A DNA stretch of 64,000 nucleotides, taken from the NCBI GenBank assembly GCA_963920595.1, contig OY986948.1, forward strand, positions 2,914,001 to 2,978,000, in the 5' to 3' direction. Shown piece by piece: positions 11,949-25,113 of this stretch. Position numbers and translations under genes: made by a program. The number at the start of each line of letters is the position of its first letter. The first letter of the stretch is position 1. Source of the stretch: Eimeria praecox (Eukaryota). The notes beneath the pieces were generated by a model. That model had not been told where the DNA came from, did not search any database, and saw nothing but the letters and a program-made list of their open reading frames with translations.

Positions 11949-13183
11949 TTTGCTTGTGGGAGGAGGCCGTGCGTGGGCCCTTAGGCAAATATTGCCGCTC
12001 CCGCAGGATACAGTGGGACAGGGTAGCAACAGGGTCATCGCGACACAGACAAGTTGTAGCCCACTACTGTTATTTCGCCGAACCCGACAAATGCAAACAT
12101 GGGCGGGGACGCATTGTGCATTTTACTCGCGCTGTAGCTGCGTGCCTGCTGCTGGTGCTGTGGCACCTCACGTAGCGGACAGGCTGTGGATGCATGCATG
12201 AATAGGTTGGCGCTGTGTGCATGCAATAATGGCTTTTGCTTTGCTGTTCGAAGAGTCGGTGTACAACCTTGCGGAATTGCCAACAGTGCGCAAGTGCGCT
12301 GGGCTACGCTGCCGTTAACAAGGACTCCTTGAGCCCCCATGTTGTGTGGGCTGTTATGACCTATCCACGCGATCTCCAGCGCTCGTCCTTCTTTCTTCAT
12401 CTGTCGCAAGGTGTGGGGAGGGAAGTGATGTAGTGCGAGGGGCAAATCCCCAGTTGCATAATGTTCAGTCTTGGCAGACTCCCGTTCGTCTCGAGTACGC
12501 AAAAGACAAGAAATGCTGTCAGCGTCTACAAAAGAAAAGAGCGTTGCTTGGCATCGTCGCTTGGAGGCCACTACTCCAGATGCCAACAAAGTCTTTCGGC
12601 AGAGCAAGAAGCAGAGGGAACCAGCAAGGTGTGCGGCAAATGAGTCAAGGGCGGATTTGTCTTGTGGGTGGATGCGAGCCCCGCAACGATGGCCTCGCAT
12701 TCCACTGGACACATGTCTGTACACCGCACACCTACCCACAACAAATCCTGCCTGACGCCACCATTCAAGCTACCACAATGCACCTGCTGATACGCCAGGA
12801 ATGCAGAGGATTAGTAACTCCCACGCATTGCGAAGACATCACGCGCATTGCACTGTCAATGAGAATGAATGACCACAGCGGCGGGTCTGTGGTCCAGCAT
12901 AGAAATAGCACAGGAGAGGAAATGCACAGCGCAGCAGATACGTATGTTCTTCCCCTCCCAGCGCCCACACGTTGCGCCATGTCAGTTAAATGTCACAGGC
13001 TTCATTGAAAGCAATATATCTACCGTCACGTCATTTACGGTAGTTGCCACGTGTGCTTGTTCTGCACACTTCCGCATATGCAGCGGTCCCATGTGCCGAA
13101 TTTGCAGGCGTCCATCTATCTGTTGACAGTCTTGACTTGCAGCTAAATCGTCATTGTCTCACCACGGGTCCTCTCCGCATCCT

Positions 13184-15250
13184 CTATCCAGAGTCAAACT
13201 CCCCATTTTGCTCTCGGCTATTGTGGTCAGCGGAGTCTGGTGGATGCTGACGAGTATGCTGAAGCAAACGCCCCATACATAAGACTTGCATGAATACTTA
13301 TTCCCCCCTTAGGCCCATGGCAGACACTGGTGAACGTTACGTAAAGGATGTAAAGACGGCCACTGGCTATACCTGCTTTGGCGCCCTGTCAACCTTAAAG
13401 TTTTTCCTCGTTGATGTTTGACTGCCTTGGTGCTCACAGTCAACGGAAAGCCGCCTGCATCGCATGTAGAACATTTTGAGCTAAAGAGAGAGCACTACAC
13501 GCACATCATGGGCTCGATCACTGCACGAAGGCTTCCGATCTCCTCAGCTTCCGCTTTCGATTCCTGCCTCTGACAGCACGTGAAAGAAATGGGGACATGT
13601 TAAAGCAAGGGGGGATTCACCGCTCACCGGGCTAGCTCCAGCTTGTCTTTGCCAATCACAGACAACGCCTTGTCCGGTGACGGCTGTGAAATCCAAGGGT
13701 GCGCCAAGGCTGAAATGGCGCAGCACATCCTATTCACACATATCGAATGGCCTCCGTGTCTGCATGTAGCATGCAAACATGGTGCATGTATATGAGGCCT
13801 GTATTTTTTTATTTATGCGTTTATAGAGGAAAACGCAAAACAAGAAACAAAGCAACGTTACCCTGAGTAGCGGTGAGCCGAGTCTTCTCATTCCTGTCCA
13901 ACAACCGACTCAGAAAGTCAATCGCAGCATCTGTTAGAAACGGGCAGGCTGCCCGCGACCAGTTAAGCTGCTTGCTTTGCACCTCTCTCTGCGGCACACA
14001 GAATACGCAAAACCCTTGATAATGGGGATGAGAAATCTAACTAACCCACAGCCACCCAACGTTAGACATCGCCAGCAACAGAACATTGACAGCTCACCGC
14101 TATCGCGCTGGCTTTACTTCCCTCAAATGGATATCTCCCAAAAAGCATTAGGTATATCATAACCCCGAAAGCCCACATGTCAGCCCCTTGGTTGTAGCGC
14201 TTGCTGCAGGCAAGACAGCAGTCCGCACGAGTATACAGCTTCCTCCCCGGTAAGCATTGGGTTTCACAAAAACTTATTGCGCAGCATCAAGATGCCTCAA
14301 GGCCCGAGTTATTCTCTAGAGGCTAAACTGCATGGCGGGTTAAGCACCTGATTAATTCGGGCGAAATGTAGTGTGGACTTCCGCACAGATCAGTTAGGTA
14401 TCCGCATTCTGGCAACTGCAGCAAAGGAAAACGAGAAGTATCCTCTATCTAAAAATGAGATTCTTCTTTTCTTCTGCATACTCTGGCACGACCGTGCTTG
14501 TGCTGATAGGGGAAGTCCGTTACTGACCCTTGCAGACATCCCGAAGTCGATAAGCTTGATGATTGAATCAGCTCCCTTACTCTTAAAAAGAAAGTTCTCG
14601 GCCTATGAGCGCATGTATACAGAGGCAAATGCAAGTAATCGTGCGCTGTCGGGTGATGGCAAAGGTGTATCTGTTGATCCTGCAATGTATTCCTGACGGT
14701 GCAGAGCGGCAGCAGCCTATGTCCTCCTTTCTTTGCGCATCCCCAGCTGCAATTTCCCTTTCAAAAACCGCACCTTTACGTCGCGGTGAACAACGCCCTG
14801 GCCATGGAGATAAGCAAGAGCAGACGCCATTTGCCTGCAGAGGGCAGAGGCGTCTTCTTCCGTGAACTGCCTTCGGCTGACAATCTGATGGAAGAGTTCA
14901 CCGCCATCACACTTCTCAAGAATAGCGTAAAAAAAATGCTTGTCTTCAAAAAACTTTACAAAGGAAACGATGTTCTCATGGTGCAGAGACTTGAGGATTT
15001 CCACCTCTGAACGGATCATGGCTTCGTTCGACGGTCGGCCTGGCGTCATCTTCTCTTTGCCACTCATCCGCCGTTCCATCACTTTTACCGCGTACGCCTG
15101 GCCAGTTTCTCTGTTGATGCATTCTCGCACTTGACCAAAAGAACCGCAACCTATGACACGACCGATCTTGTAATATCTGCGAATATCATCAACTCCGCGG
15201 CGGTGGGCGGGTGTGGCAGAGATGCAGCCAGGGGAGCACGAGTTCCCCAT
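13184..15250 (-). CDS. CaMK/CDPK-family Ser/Thr protein kinase, predicted N-myristoylated, no EF-hands, ~363 aa
   Basis: Exons 15250-14774, 14602-14528, 14415-14348, 14203-14098, 13988-13862, 13709-13628, 13454-13373, 13258-13184 (last exon tentative; alternative stop at 13367). Motifs GCGSFG, AVK, HRDVKAEN, DFG, CGSPHYISPE, DMWAFG, LAHPW. N-terminus MGNSCSPGC. Confidence 0.9.
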
Positions 15251-16399
15251 TGAAGCAGCAACAGTAGTGCTGACTGGCAGAAACCAAACTACAGAACGTC
15301 CTAAATGCCGGCATTCCGAAGAGCCCAGCGCCCCCTACTGTCGCGGGGCGTGCCGACCAGTGCCATACACGGTATAAGGGACGTGATTCTGCCGAGTTTC
15401 CCAGATAATTCGCCAGTCTAGCAATATACCTGCCACGGAAAGACGCGGATTCCTACTCTATGTCAACTCGACGCTACGGCCCATTTCTCAAACTGGGGCT
15501 GTGAGGTACTAAATTGTGCCTCGCTCATTTCTCTCCGAAGGAAACTGCCCTACCAAAGAAAATCCATATGTTGAAAACCATAATGTATAGAGGATTCTTA
15601 TATATTTACGGAAAACGGCATGGTAGGAGAGGCTTGGCATTGTCGCATGCAGGCGCGGGCGCCAGGGGCTTGGTTCCAACGCTCACGCTTGACTCCACCA
15701 GTAACAATATATATATAATTACCTAGTATATTACTTAGTCTTGGTTGTTCTTTGTTTTCTACACTCTTATTCGGCACAAACACGACTCAGTGGATGCAAC
15801 CGGCGGCGGGCTTGAGCTTTCAGGGGGTAGACTGGGACAGCGTAGTCGCCTGCATCCATCTTGTCTGTACACATGAGAAAAGAAGTACTTTGGCCATAAC
15901 TAGCAGATCTTTGCCTCAATAATTGTGCCTGCCGCCCCCGCAGGCAAGACATAGGAGGGGATGGTTCACCACACTGCACTGCATTGCTCACTCTGCTGTT
16001 AGTGTGCATTTTACATTGCCAGGGTAGTTCATATGCCTGCACAGTGGCCCCCTGCGAACTCCATTGGTTAAACAAGATGAAAACTATCGTCCCCTAAATA
16101 ATTACAGCGGGAAGCATACTTTGCTTGGGGCCCATCTCGTATTGCACTTGCAAAGCCATTGAATGCTAACTAGTATATACAGTGACATGGTGGCCAACAC
16201 TTGCAGAGGAACAACTAGAACTGTACGCTGGAACGATCACTTGGTAGAACTGGTAGGGCCCTACCCAGGAGTGCTTACATGGTTGTTGACTGACCATCAT
16301 ATCATATGATTTGCGCTGTTCTTCATTCGACCGTGGAAAAGAAAAACCTTTCAACCCAAATTAAGACCCCCACTAGCAGAATTTATTTGGATAATATTT

Positions 16400-18660
16400 T
16401 ACCTGTTTAGGGTGCTTGAAGCCAACAGGCTTTAAAGAGTTAATTAAGGCTAAGAACAAAGCTACCCTAAGGTCTGTTAGCAACCTGTTCAGCTGCTCTC
16501 CCAAATGTATCTCAGGTCTCTTGCTCTAAGAGGCTGAAGGTGGTGTAGCAGAGAGCACTGAATCGCCTCCCCCCCAGTGTGTGCGAACGAAGTTGTCTAG
16601 CTCAGCGCCCTAGGGATGTCACGGACAGTCGTAGACACAGAAGGGCAAGCAAAAGATATAAATTTCCGTGTAGCAGAGACCGCATATTCCAGCTGCCTCC
16701 CTCTCCAGTATGAGGAACTGGACACGGAGGCGTTATCTGCAGCAGCTTTCCCCTCATATTTTCTCGCCCTCCTTATTAGCGAGGGCTATCATTGATGCCG
16801 TGACGCAGAAGAAGCTTGCGGTAGTTTCCTGATTTCTCGTGCTAATCACACGCATGTGACTGAATCCATTCACTGAAGCCTATGGTTCAGTGGAACGCAA
16901 CCTCTGCAGGGCTTCTTCTGAGCATTTGCGCTGCCGCTCTAACGACAGCCCTTGATGATAGCAGAGAAGAAGAATGAGGTGCAGTGAAGCAAAGCGCTTC
17001 TGGTAAGAGTTCACATAAAAGAAGAAGGCCTGCCCTCCAATTCCCAGGCTTCCTGTGTGCAGAGACAAGGAAGACAAGCTGGAGAGTATGTGGTCTTCAT
17101 GGGTCGCAGCCCGCTTCGCTGCAGCACACCATGCAAGGCAGCTTAAGAAGCACGCGTACCCAAGCCCCCTTTCGATGCATACATTCAGACTGTAGAAAAC
17201 AGTTTAACACTTCTTCATCTCTAAGAAGCCTTTCTGCACCCAAGTAGTAAGTATTGACTGTGCTTTCAGCAATAAGCAGCAACAGGGGATCAAAAAAGCC
17301 CAATTTAAAAGCGGAAAGGAAGCATGAGCTCTTTTCACCTGTTCAGTCCATGCGGACTCTCCATGTAACTAACTACCCCGTCGAACGTAAACAATACAGG
17401 GCAGTCCGCTGCAGTGCCGCTTCCCAGCTAGAAAATACTGGTCCCGCCAGCTGCTTTCTCCCTAAGCCACTGTTTGAAGCAATATGCCCCCATCCACACC
17501 TGTTTTGTTGTTATTGCAGATCAACTGTGTTTCCCGTTTGCAAGCTCCTAACGCACGCTGAAAGTTGTGAATATCTCCGTAGTAAACCACTCAGTCTTTT
17601 AGTTGCGCATGTAAGGCGCATTTGATGAACGAAATGCTTTAGTAAAGCAAATGCTAAATTTAGAACAAACGTAGGTGAAACGCAGGAGGAAGTTGGCACA
17701 CTAGTGAGTGGTTCCTTGCCTGAAGCGGTGTTGCGATGGCTAATGCGTCTTGTATGTCTGCCTTGTCGGCACCTCTTGTGCACGAAGAATATGTAAAAAT
17801 CGCAGTACGAAAAAAAAGTTGAAGCTGATCGTAAATGGATCTACAAAAGTCACAGCAGCGCAGGTCCAATTACGGAGCAGAGGGCTGAGCACATAGTTCC
17901 TCCCCTTCATCGGCCTGCCCAATTCACTCACCTATGTCGCCGCAGAATAGGGCAACTCAACTATACATATATATCGAGAGGATAAACAATCACACGAGCG
18001 CCTGAGTGCACACTCTAATGCAGGGTAACTTCGCCCTCCAAGCATCAAGACAGCAGTGGAGAGTTCACCTTTGCAGCGAGACAAGGCAACATACCACTTA
18101 CAGTATCACACAAAAAATATTTTTCGTGTAGACGCCTTCAAATGAAAAGGAATACACAGTAATTACAACACTGCATATAGGCGGGCGCTCGCGAGAGTCT
18201 GCCCATCCGACGGTGCCAGTGGGTGGGAGCCGGTGGTCTGGTCAATCAGGAGCTTGTGGTGTTGCATGGAAAAACAACTGATGTTAACTGAATAAATGTC
18301 ACTACGCTTCTGTACTCTGCTGTACATTTGCTGTTGGCGAAGCAATAGACCCTGTCTCACTCGTTCCGTGAGCGTCGTCCGCTGGACACCCCCCATCGTC
18401 AGTCCACAGGACCCCACCAACACATCCACAACTCCTTTTACTACCCTGTAGTGGTTTATTTTGAGGCGTTTTAGTTACTGTCTGCTTTCGTTTGACCTTT
18501 TGTTGTGCATGTGCCCACCCCGGTGCCCTTGCTCAAGCACCGAGAGGGGAAACCGTCGCTCTTGCTTGGCGACGCTGGCAGCAGCGACTTAACGTAGAAT
18601 GAGTCGTGAGTGAAGCGGCAAGTAGATGATTGAGCATTGTTCTGGCAATGTAACACCAGG
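16400..18660 (-). mobile_element. Decayed Ty3/gypsy pol relic (protease-RT-RNase H order)
   Basis: Minus-strand fragments in the expected order: DVLVGSCGL (cf. DVILGMDWL), DLRCCDFCRSI (cf. LRMCVDYRxLN), QAFFFYVNSYQK...EEALQRLR (cf. RSFLGLVNYYRRF...AFxxLK), PFCVYD (cf. PFTVYTD). Shares DNA similarity with 3070-3373. Confidence 0.5.
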
Positions 18661-18824
18661 AGCTCTTAGCAGGAGAACGCTTATTAGCTCGAGTTTCTGT
18701 GGAAAGAGCGGCGCCTCGTGAAAACGAAGAGTCGCCGACGTGTGTCTTGGGTGCCAGAGGAGTTACGAGGTGACGTCGTACCGAAGGGATTCATAGGGGA
18801 TAGTGCGTAAAAGCTTCTGTCTTA

Positions 18825-21325
18825 ATGTCTCCGAAAATGGATGGGCACACTGCTTGTACGTCTTTGAGCGTGCTCGACAACCGAGGGGAGGACGGGTCAG
18901 ACATGGGCAAACATACCACAGGTGAAAGCCCTATGAAGATCGACGGCTCTTCGGCTCCATGGGAAGGAGAGTCAGAAGTGGGGGCCTGCAAAGAAGCATG
19001 CGGGACATCGACAGCTGCAGACTCACCTCCAGAGACTTCACCGGTTGTTCCGCTGGACAGAACCCTACCAGCATCTAAAGTGGGTGCACAAGCTGCCGAA
19101 GGGGAGCAGGCGGTTGCAGGCTTAACCACGTGCAGTCACTCAGCCCTACCAGAACAGCAGCTGCCTCCATGTGCCTTACCTGCTTTTTCCAGCGATCCAC
19201 ACGAAAAAGGGCCTGCCGATACTGTGGCCTCGCCCGTTGCGGCGCTGGCTGTTGAGGCGCCAGGCAAACCCGAGGAGCCGATAGAGAGCCGAGCTAATTC
19301 TTTGTTGAGGACTAGTGGTCAAATGGCTTCTCAAGCTTGGGAAAGTGCAAGGACGCATGCAGTGGCGGCGGCGTCGGCCACTGCAACCAGCGTTGCGACA
19401 ACTGATTTCTCTGGCCTGAAGGAGGCAACAGCGAAGCCGCTGCTGGCAGCAGTTGGCTACATAGGTTTGGGTTCCTTCTTGGACGTACCTAGTTTAGATT
19501 CAGAAGAAAAAACGCTCTGCAAGGGAGCGAAATCAGGAGATGACCCCACACGAGCCAAAGGCGCGAGCGAGACTGGAAACAGCAAGATCGAAGGGGGGAG
19601 CCCTACCGGCACAGAGGCCTCAGCAACGAATAGCGACGGATCCACTAGCCCTGGTGGGCTGTTGGGCCGCCTCCGTCTGCCTGCAGTGACAAAGTGGCTT
19701 TGCGCTGCCAACGTTGGGTGCGACCGGCAGCTGAGCTGCACGGTGACCGTTGCGGATGCAGATACGGAACTAGAAGGCAGCGAAGCAGAAGCCGCAGCAT
19801 CGGAGCACATGGCGAGGGTTAACGGGACGTCTGTTCATGCAGATGCTGCCGCTGGTGCTGGTAGCATGCAGAAAGAGGATTCTCTTCAGGGTGAGTACCT
19901 ACCCACTGTAGGTAGCGGCGCCTTCTGTACACCATCTACGCCGGAAGCACAGAGAGTTGTTGGTGGATGCTTTTTGGATGGTCATAAATTAGAGAAGGCT
20001 ACTTCTGGGGCTGAGAGTGGCGTGGGGCGTACTGCCATGTCAGTAGAAGCCCCCATGGGCGTTCAGCAGGTGCTGACTAGCCTTGAGAAGACTGGAGATA
20101 CTACCATTGCCTGTGAACACAGCCTGCTGCCGGATCAGGATGGAGAGGAAAAGGGCGTGAAAGAGGAATCCTCGGAAGCAGGGGCTCCAGCAGCGGCGGG
20201 CAGACTGCAACAGGGCCAACACCAGAAACAGAAACTGTGGGCTTCTTTGCGTTCTGTCTTAGCAACCTCTTCGCGCCGTTCGGTTGATGCTGTTCAGAAA
20301 GCTGCTACTGCGGCGGCTTCTGCAGCTGGGGCTGCTACTAGGGCTCTAGATGGTATGGTTGTTCCTCTCCTTGGTAATTGTATGCATCCAACGACACAAG
20401 TGCATGCGGACAGTCAACAAGCAGGGCTAGAAGAGAAAGACTGCCCGAAACGAGCAGAAGGAGAAGAAGTGGGTCAAGAAGGCCTGCGTGCTGATGGGGA
20501 AGGGGGCGAGCAGTCACAGCCGGATCAGTTGAACTCTGGGGCTTCTCAAACGAATTCTCGCGGCCTGCTGACTGAGCTGCAGAGGAGGCAACAGGCCCTT
20601 GCAGAGGCGGTTCGCAACCGAAGCACAAACTTTTTACAGCACTCTGTGGCTCTAACAGCTTCTTCGACCTTATCTGAGGCGCGGTATCACTTGGCAGAGA
20701 TCGTCGACACAGGCGGGCCCGAGGTAGGTCTTCCATGGCTCATTCTCAGCAGTTGTTTGAACTTTGACCCACGGTGTTTACCTTGGCCTGGTAAGAAGCC
20801 CTTTGTAATAGCATGGAGGTGCACTCCAGAAGACCCCTAACATAAAACCAGCGCCATTCATGTTTGGTCTTGGTGCTGTGCGCTCTTCAGGTTAGCGGAG
20901 TGTGGGCTGGCGTGAAAGTGGGTCTTGGCATAGCCACGTTGGCCTCGGGGCATCTGATTTTGGGGGGCGCAATGGTAGCCGTGGCAACAAGCTCGTTGGG
21001 GAGTGCTCTCCTTTGGGGCAGACATCGCCAGGAAGTGTATGAGATAATGCGCGGAGATTATGTAGGAGATGCCGACCCGTCGCAAGCTGCTGAAGGTTCG
21101 AGCACGGCTGAGGGGAATGCAGAAGAGTCTGAGGGTTCGGAGATGCTTAGCAGCACTGCCGTTGAGGGCACAGACAGCTGCGCGGCATCAGTCCCTCTGC
21201 CTTCTGCGTCCCTCTCGCCATGCGATGCTAGCGAGGATGGAGACGTAACTGACAGCAGCAGGGTAACAGTCAGAAAGGAGCTCACAGGGCCAGAGGGTGA
21301 CGGCGGTGTCCGTGCTTTGGAGTAA
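18825..21325 (+). CDS. Hypothetical protein, ~777 aa, disordered N-terminal region plus a Gly-rich hydrophobic hairpin; paralog of 30291-31580
   Basis: Exons 18825-20723 and 20891-21325, phase-0 GT-AG intron. Junction reads HLAEIVDTGGPE|VSGVWAGVKVGLGIATLASGHLILGGAMVAVATSSLGSALLW. Confidence 0.75.
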
Positions 21326-21479
21326 CTGGTTCATGAGTGTCTTGGCCCCGGCATTTTGACTTGAGGCAAGAGCGCGGCGGGGTTGGCCTACAGAGACGAG
21401 AGGTCGTTTTACAGGAACAAAAGAGCTGCTGACCTGCCAAGCAGCTCACAGCAGTGCTCTGTGGGTATCGAAAGAGCAC

Positions 21480-23200
21480 GTAGTGCTTGAGTGTGGGAAG
21501 CCTAGAACGAAAATGCGCGTTGAAAGTGAAATTGACGGGCGGCCTACTTTCTGGGGGTATGACACAGACCATGCAACAGACCATGCAACGAATATGATGC
21601 ATGCATTCCCAAATTTGCACCAGAGCAGCCAGAAAGAAGGCAGATGCGTGTTTGCGCTCAAGACACAGCTGCGCATCATGTATTGCAGTTGTTGACTTAC
21701 TTGGTCTGAAACTTTAAACTTGGCAAGTTTCCGTTTCCTATCTTTGTTCGTAAAGACAGCTGCGTAGTGAAGCCCCAGTGTCAAACTTGCACTTTGCGCA
21801 GAGGTAGCTGGGCATTTCGGGCTTTTCCCTGGGAAGCACAAGTATTAGAGCTTGCGAGCTCTGTTAAGTTGAGCTGGCGAGCTGACGTCGCTGCCGTGCA
21901 GACAGCTTGCATGGGGGAAGCGAATGCATGCCGTTATCATAATCAGAAGTGCGGTTATAGGGCGATTGCCTGAGTGTTGAGCGACGGGGCACTTTGGTGT
22001 AGCCGCGGGTGTCTGTTCTCATTTGCTACTATTTACGCTGTTTAAGTGAGAAATCAAGGGTTCTGTTGTGGCTGGAGGTGAGCAGCAAGGACGCTTTGCA
22101 TACGAGGAGGTTGCTGCAAAACATAATCTGGGAGAGGCAGCAAATCACTTCTGCCGCTCGGGTTCAGTCTCTGGAGATGGTGAAAAAACTGGAGGGGGAC
22201 AGCAGTTAAATTCGATACTAATGAAACGCACACTTCATGGGAATTACGGGACTGCGAAAATTCACTACCCAAGGGTGTGGGGCTTAACCGGCGCCCCTTG
22301 GCGCCCCAGGGTGCTGAGTGCATTGATTTTCTATGGATGTACATGCATATATATATTCCAGTGCAAGTATATCTGCGTCTCTGCAGTGATGCGGTGTATT
22401 CTAGGCAGCAATAAGAAGGCTTTAATGGCTTCGCTGCTCTTTGGCGTTCGCTATAATGGTTAATTTAACAACCATGCTTGGGTACCTGCTCGTTCTTCCG
22501 TCAAGACCGGCAGAGTGATAAAACTACTCCTCCCCTGTGCTCTAACATGCACTGCTTAACGAAATCTGGAGAGGAGCTGGTAGTTGCTAGGGAATGCCTG
22601 GAATTGTTAATCAGCGTACTGCTTTTCAAGTTCAAAGTGCTCCAGCAACAACTCTTCTGGCCTCACTTCTCATTCAACTGAGCGCTTTTATTTAAGGTAT
22701 CCACCTAAGAGGAAACAACCATGGTGTAGAAGTGATGCTGTAGATTACTGGCGTCAGCTTTTTAATTGTGTTTTTGCGGTAATTTGATGTGGTGACACAG
22801 TTGTTCACGAATAAAATTAGCGGCCCACACTTCGTTGAAGCAACTGCACAGGCCTGGAGAAAACGATCCGTTCAAATATGCCTCATATTGACAATTATAT
22901 CGACTATAAAGGAGGTTATACGGGTGAATTGATAGTATCAATGCAGTCACGGGTAGAAGAAAGCGCCGCACTGGAAGCTTCCTGACGCTGTCGGTAAAAA
23001 GGTAGAAAGGGGCCATCTGAGATTGCCAGTGAATCTTGAGGTTAAGTGGGTAACTTGCCGGTTTTTTGGTTATGCATGGGTATGCTCTAGCGGGAAAGTA
23101 CAATTGAATGCGGCCAGAAGGTTTGTTTTGCGCGCTGAAGGCAAGACGAATCTTTTGTTCAGAGGCAGCGAATAACCTCCATGTTGAGGGGGTGTATTAA
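21480..23200 (+). mobile_element. Possible decayed Ty3/gypsy relic (plus strand)
   Basis: MRVESEIDGRPTFWGYDTDHATN resembles a retropepsin (IDG...DTGAT). VGKKVERGHLRLPVN near 22990-23035 resembles RT VxKKDG-LRxCVD. Very degenerate. Confidence 0.3.
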
Positions 23201-25113
23201 TTTCAAAAAGCTACATGTTTCTAAGATGAAGCCTTTCGTCAAAGTCCCCTAACAAGGAGAGAAATCTGTGTCGATGGACATGCACGGAAGGAAGCCAAAT
23301 ACTGACGGACGTGCAGACGCAGCCTACGAGCCCAGACAAGAAGCCGCTGTTGCCTTCCAGTGTGATATGCAGCACTATCCTAAAGTGTTAAGATTAAGCA
23401 CTTACCACTCCGTATCTTCTTAACAGAAGACACGGAGCGGGAAGACAAAATGAATGTAGGGAGGCCGCCAATGGTCTGGTCAGAGCGGAGCGTCGTCCTC
23501 GTCCTCAACGTAAGCCGAGTTTCCACTAAGACGGTAACATTAAAGCTCCTTAAAGTAAGCACCGATCCTTTCCAGGCGTGTAAAAACAAACTTATTTCCT
23601 ATAATTTGTAGGAACTTCTTGTTCTTTGTTTGCGCAAGCAGTTATGTTCTTAGGAGGGCTGCTGGCTGCTTATACAACCTGACGATCTGCGCCCAGGAGA
23701 GCACACCATCCTGAACCCCACCCTGGAAAAAACTATTACTTGGCACATTAGCTTCCCTTCTTTCTATTCAATTTGTTTTTGATTAAAGGAAGACATTGAT
23801 GAAAAAAATCTTTTTTCTGTGAGTCTCTGCAGCGGGCTCTCGGTCGAACGTATGGGAACAGCTGCTCCCCCCTTAGTTTTTGCATTTGTTGCGTTTCGGA
23901 GGGCGAGATTCCACAAAGGACCCATTCAATTCAATATTTTTTGTACCTAAGCACTTGGACTTCTGGATTTGTTGAAGGACTCATCGGGATCTAGGCGGCT
24001 CGTGCAAACTGCTCGCTGACCACGCGGCAGAAGCAGCATCTTCTTGAAAAGTGCTCTCAATACTCCACACAGGCACATGGTGAGGCGTTTACTTCTCTTA
24101 TGTTTCAACCGTTACTGAAGGTTCCGGTGAAATTCGAATTTCATTGGACTTCGCCGGTTCACCATGGCGACAGGAGCGAAGGTGCACTCCAGCAAGTTCT
24201 CCGTTTGCAAACATTTACAGGGTGTTTGAGGTGTTTGAGCGCTACCTTGAGCCTTTCTAACAGCTCTGCAAGAGTTATTCTTCTCTAGCATCGTGCAGAG
24301 GGGCTATTTACATTGCTGCGGGGCAAACTGCTACCATACGTGCAGACAAGCGTGACAAGTAATCACAACCGCTTCCGCTGGAACAGTCGAAAATACCCAA
24401 GGTTGGGATGCTGCTAAGGAGTGGAGGCCTCTGGTACTTCTCTGGACGTACTTGTCACATGAAATGGCTGCGTTTACTTGTGCACGCTGCGGCGTCCTAC
24501 GTTGTTTTCTGTGCAATCTCTTCGCCGTCGGCAACGGCGTACTCTAATAGTGAGCTGAAGACAAGCCTTTTGCAGCACAGCATCCCGGTGACAAGTTAAT
24601 CTAATCCTGTACGGTTTTTGTATAGAATACTGTGAGCTCAATGCTCGCTTATGAATATGGGGGCAAGAACGCGCTGCCAGACACAGGTGGAACAGAGTGT
24701 GCACCGTTAACCAGCCTAACTTTCCTCTGCTTGTATTCTCCCTGTGAACGTGCTGCACAGATGCACCGGGAAGAAAGTCTGTTCGCAATTGCCACGATGG
24801 CTTACAGGGGTCGACGAACAGTCTGGGATGCGGTGAGGAGGGGAGCCAGCAAACCCAAGCGGGGCTTATTGCACCTCCTCATGTTGGCGCTGCTGAACCT
24901 TTGGGATATCTTCAGGTATGACCTACATGATATGTATTTGCAATTATTTTGACGGCCCAAATTTCATATAAAGCCGTCAAAATGCTGTTGTGACTCTCAT
25001 TTACAACCGTTTGGTGCAATCACCCTTGAGCCCAATTCCGCGCACACTCTCCTGTTAATAACGTGCTTGACGATAGGCTGCTGTGTGTGGGTGCGGCTTA
25101 AAAGCTAACAGTC

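Noticed and set aside
12035..13126. Overlapping 220-234 aa ORFs on both strands
   Set aside because: No domain or splice support; they lie in the convergent 3' region between the SR and kinase genes.
14098..14203. Frameshift in kinase exon 4
   Set aside because: Recounting the T run gives an intact MLFGRYPFEG.
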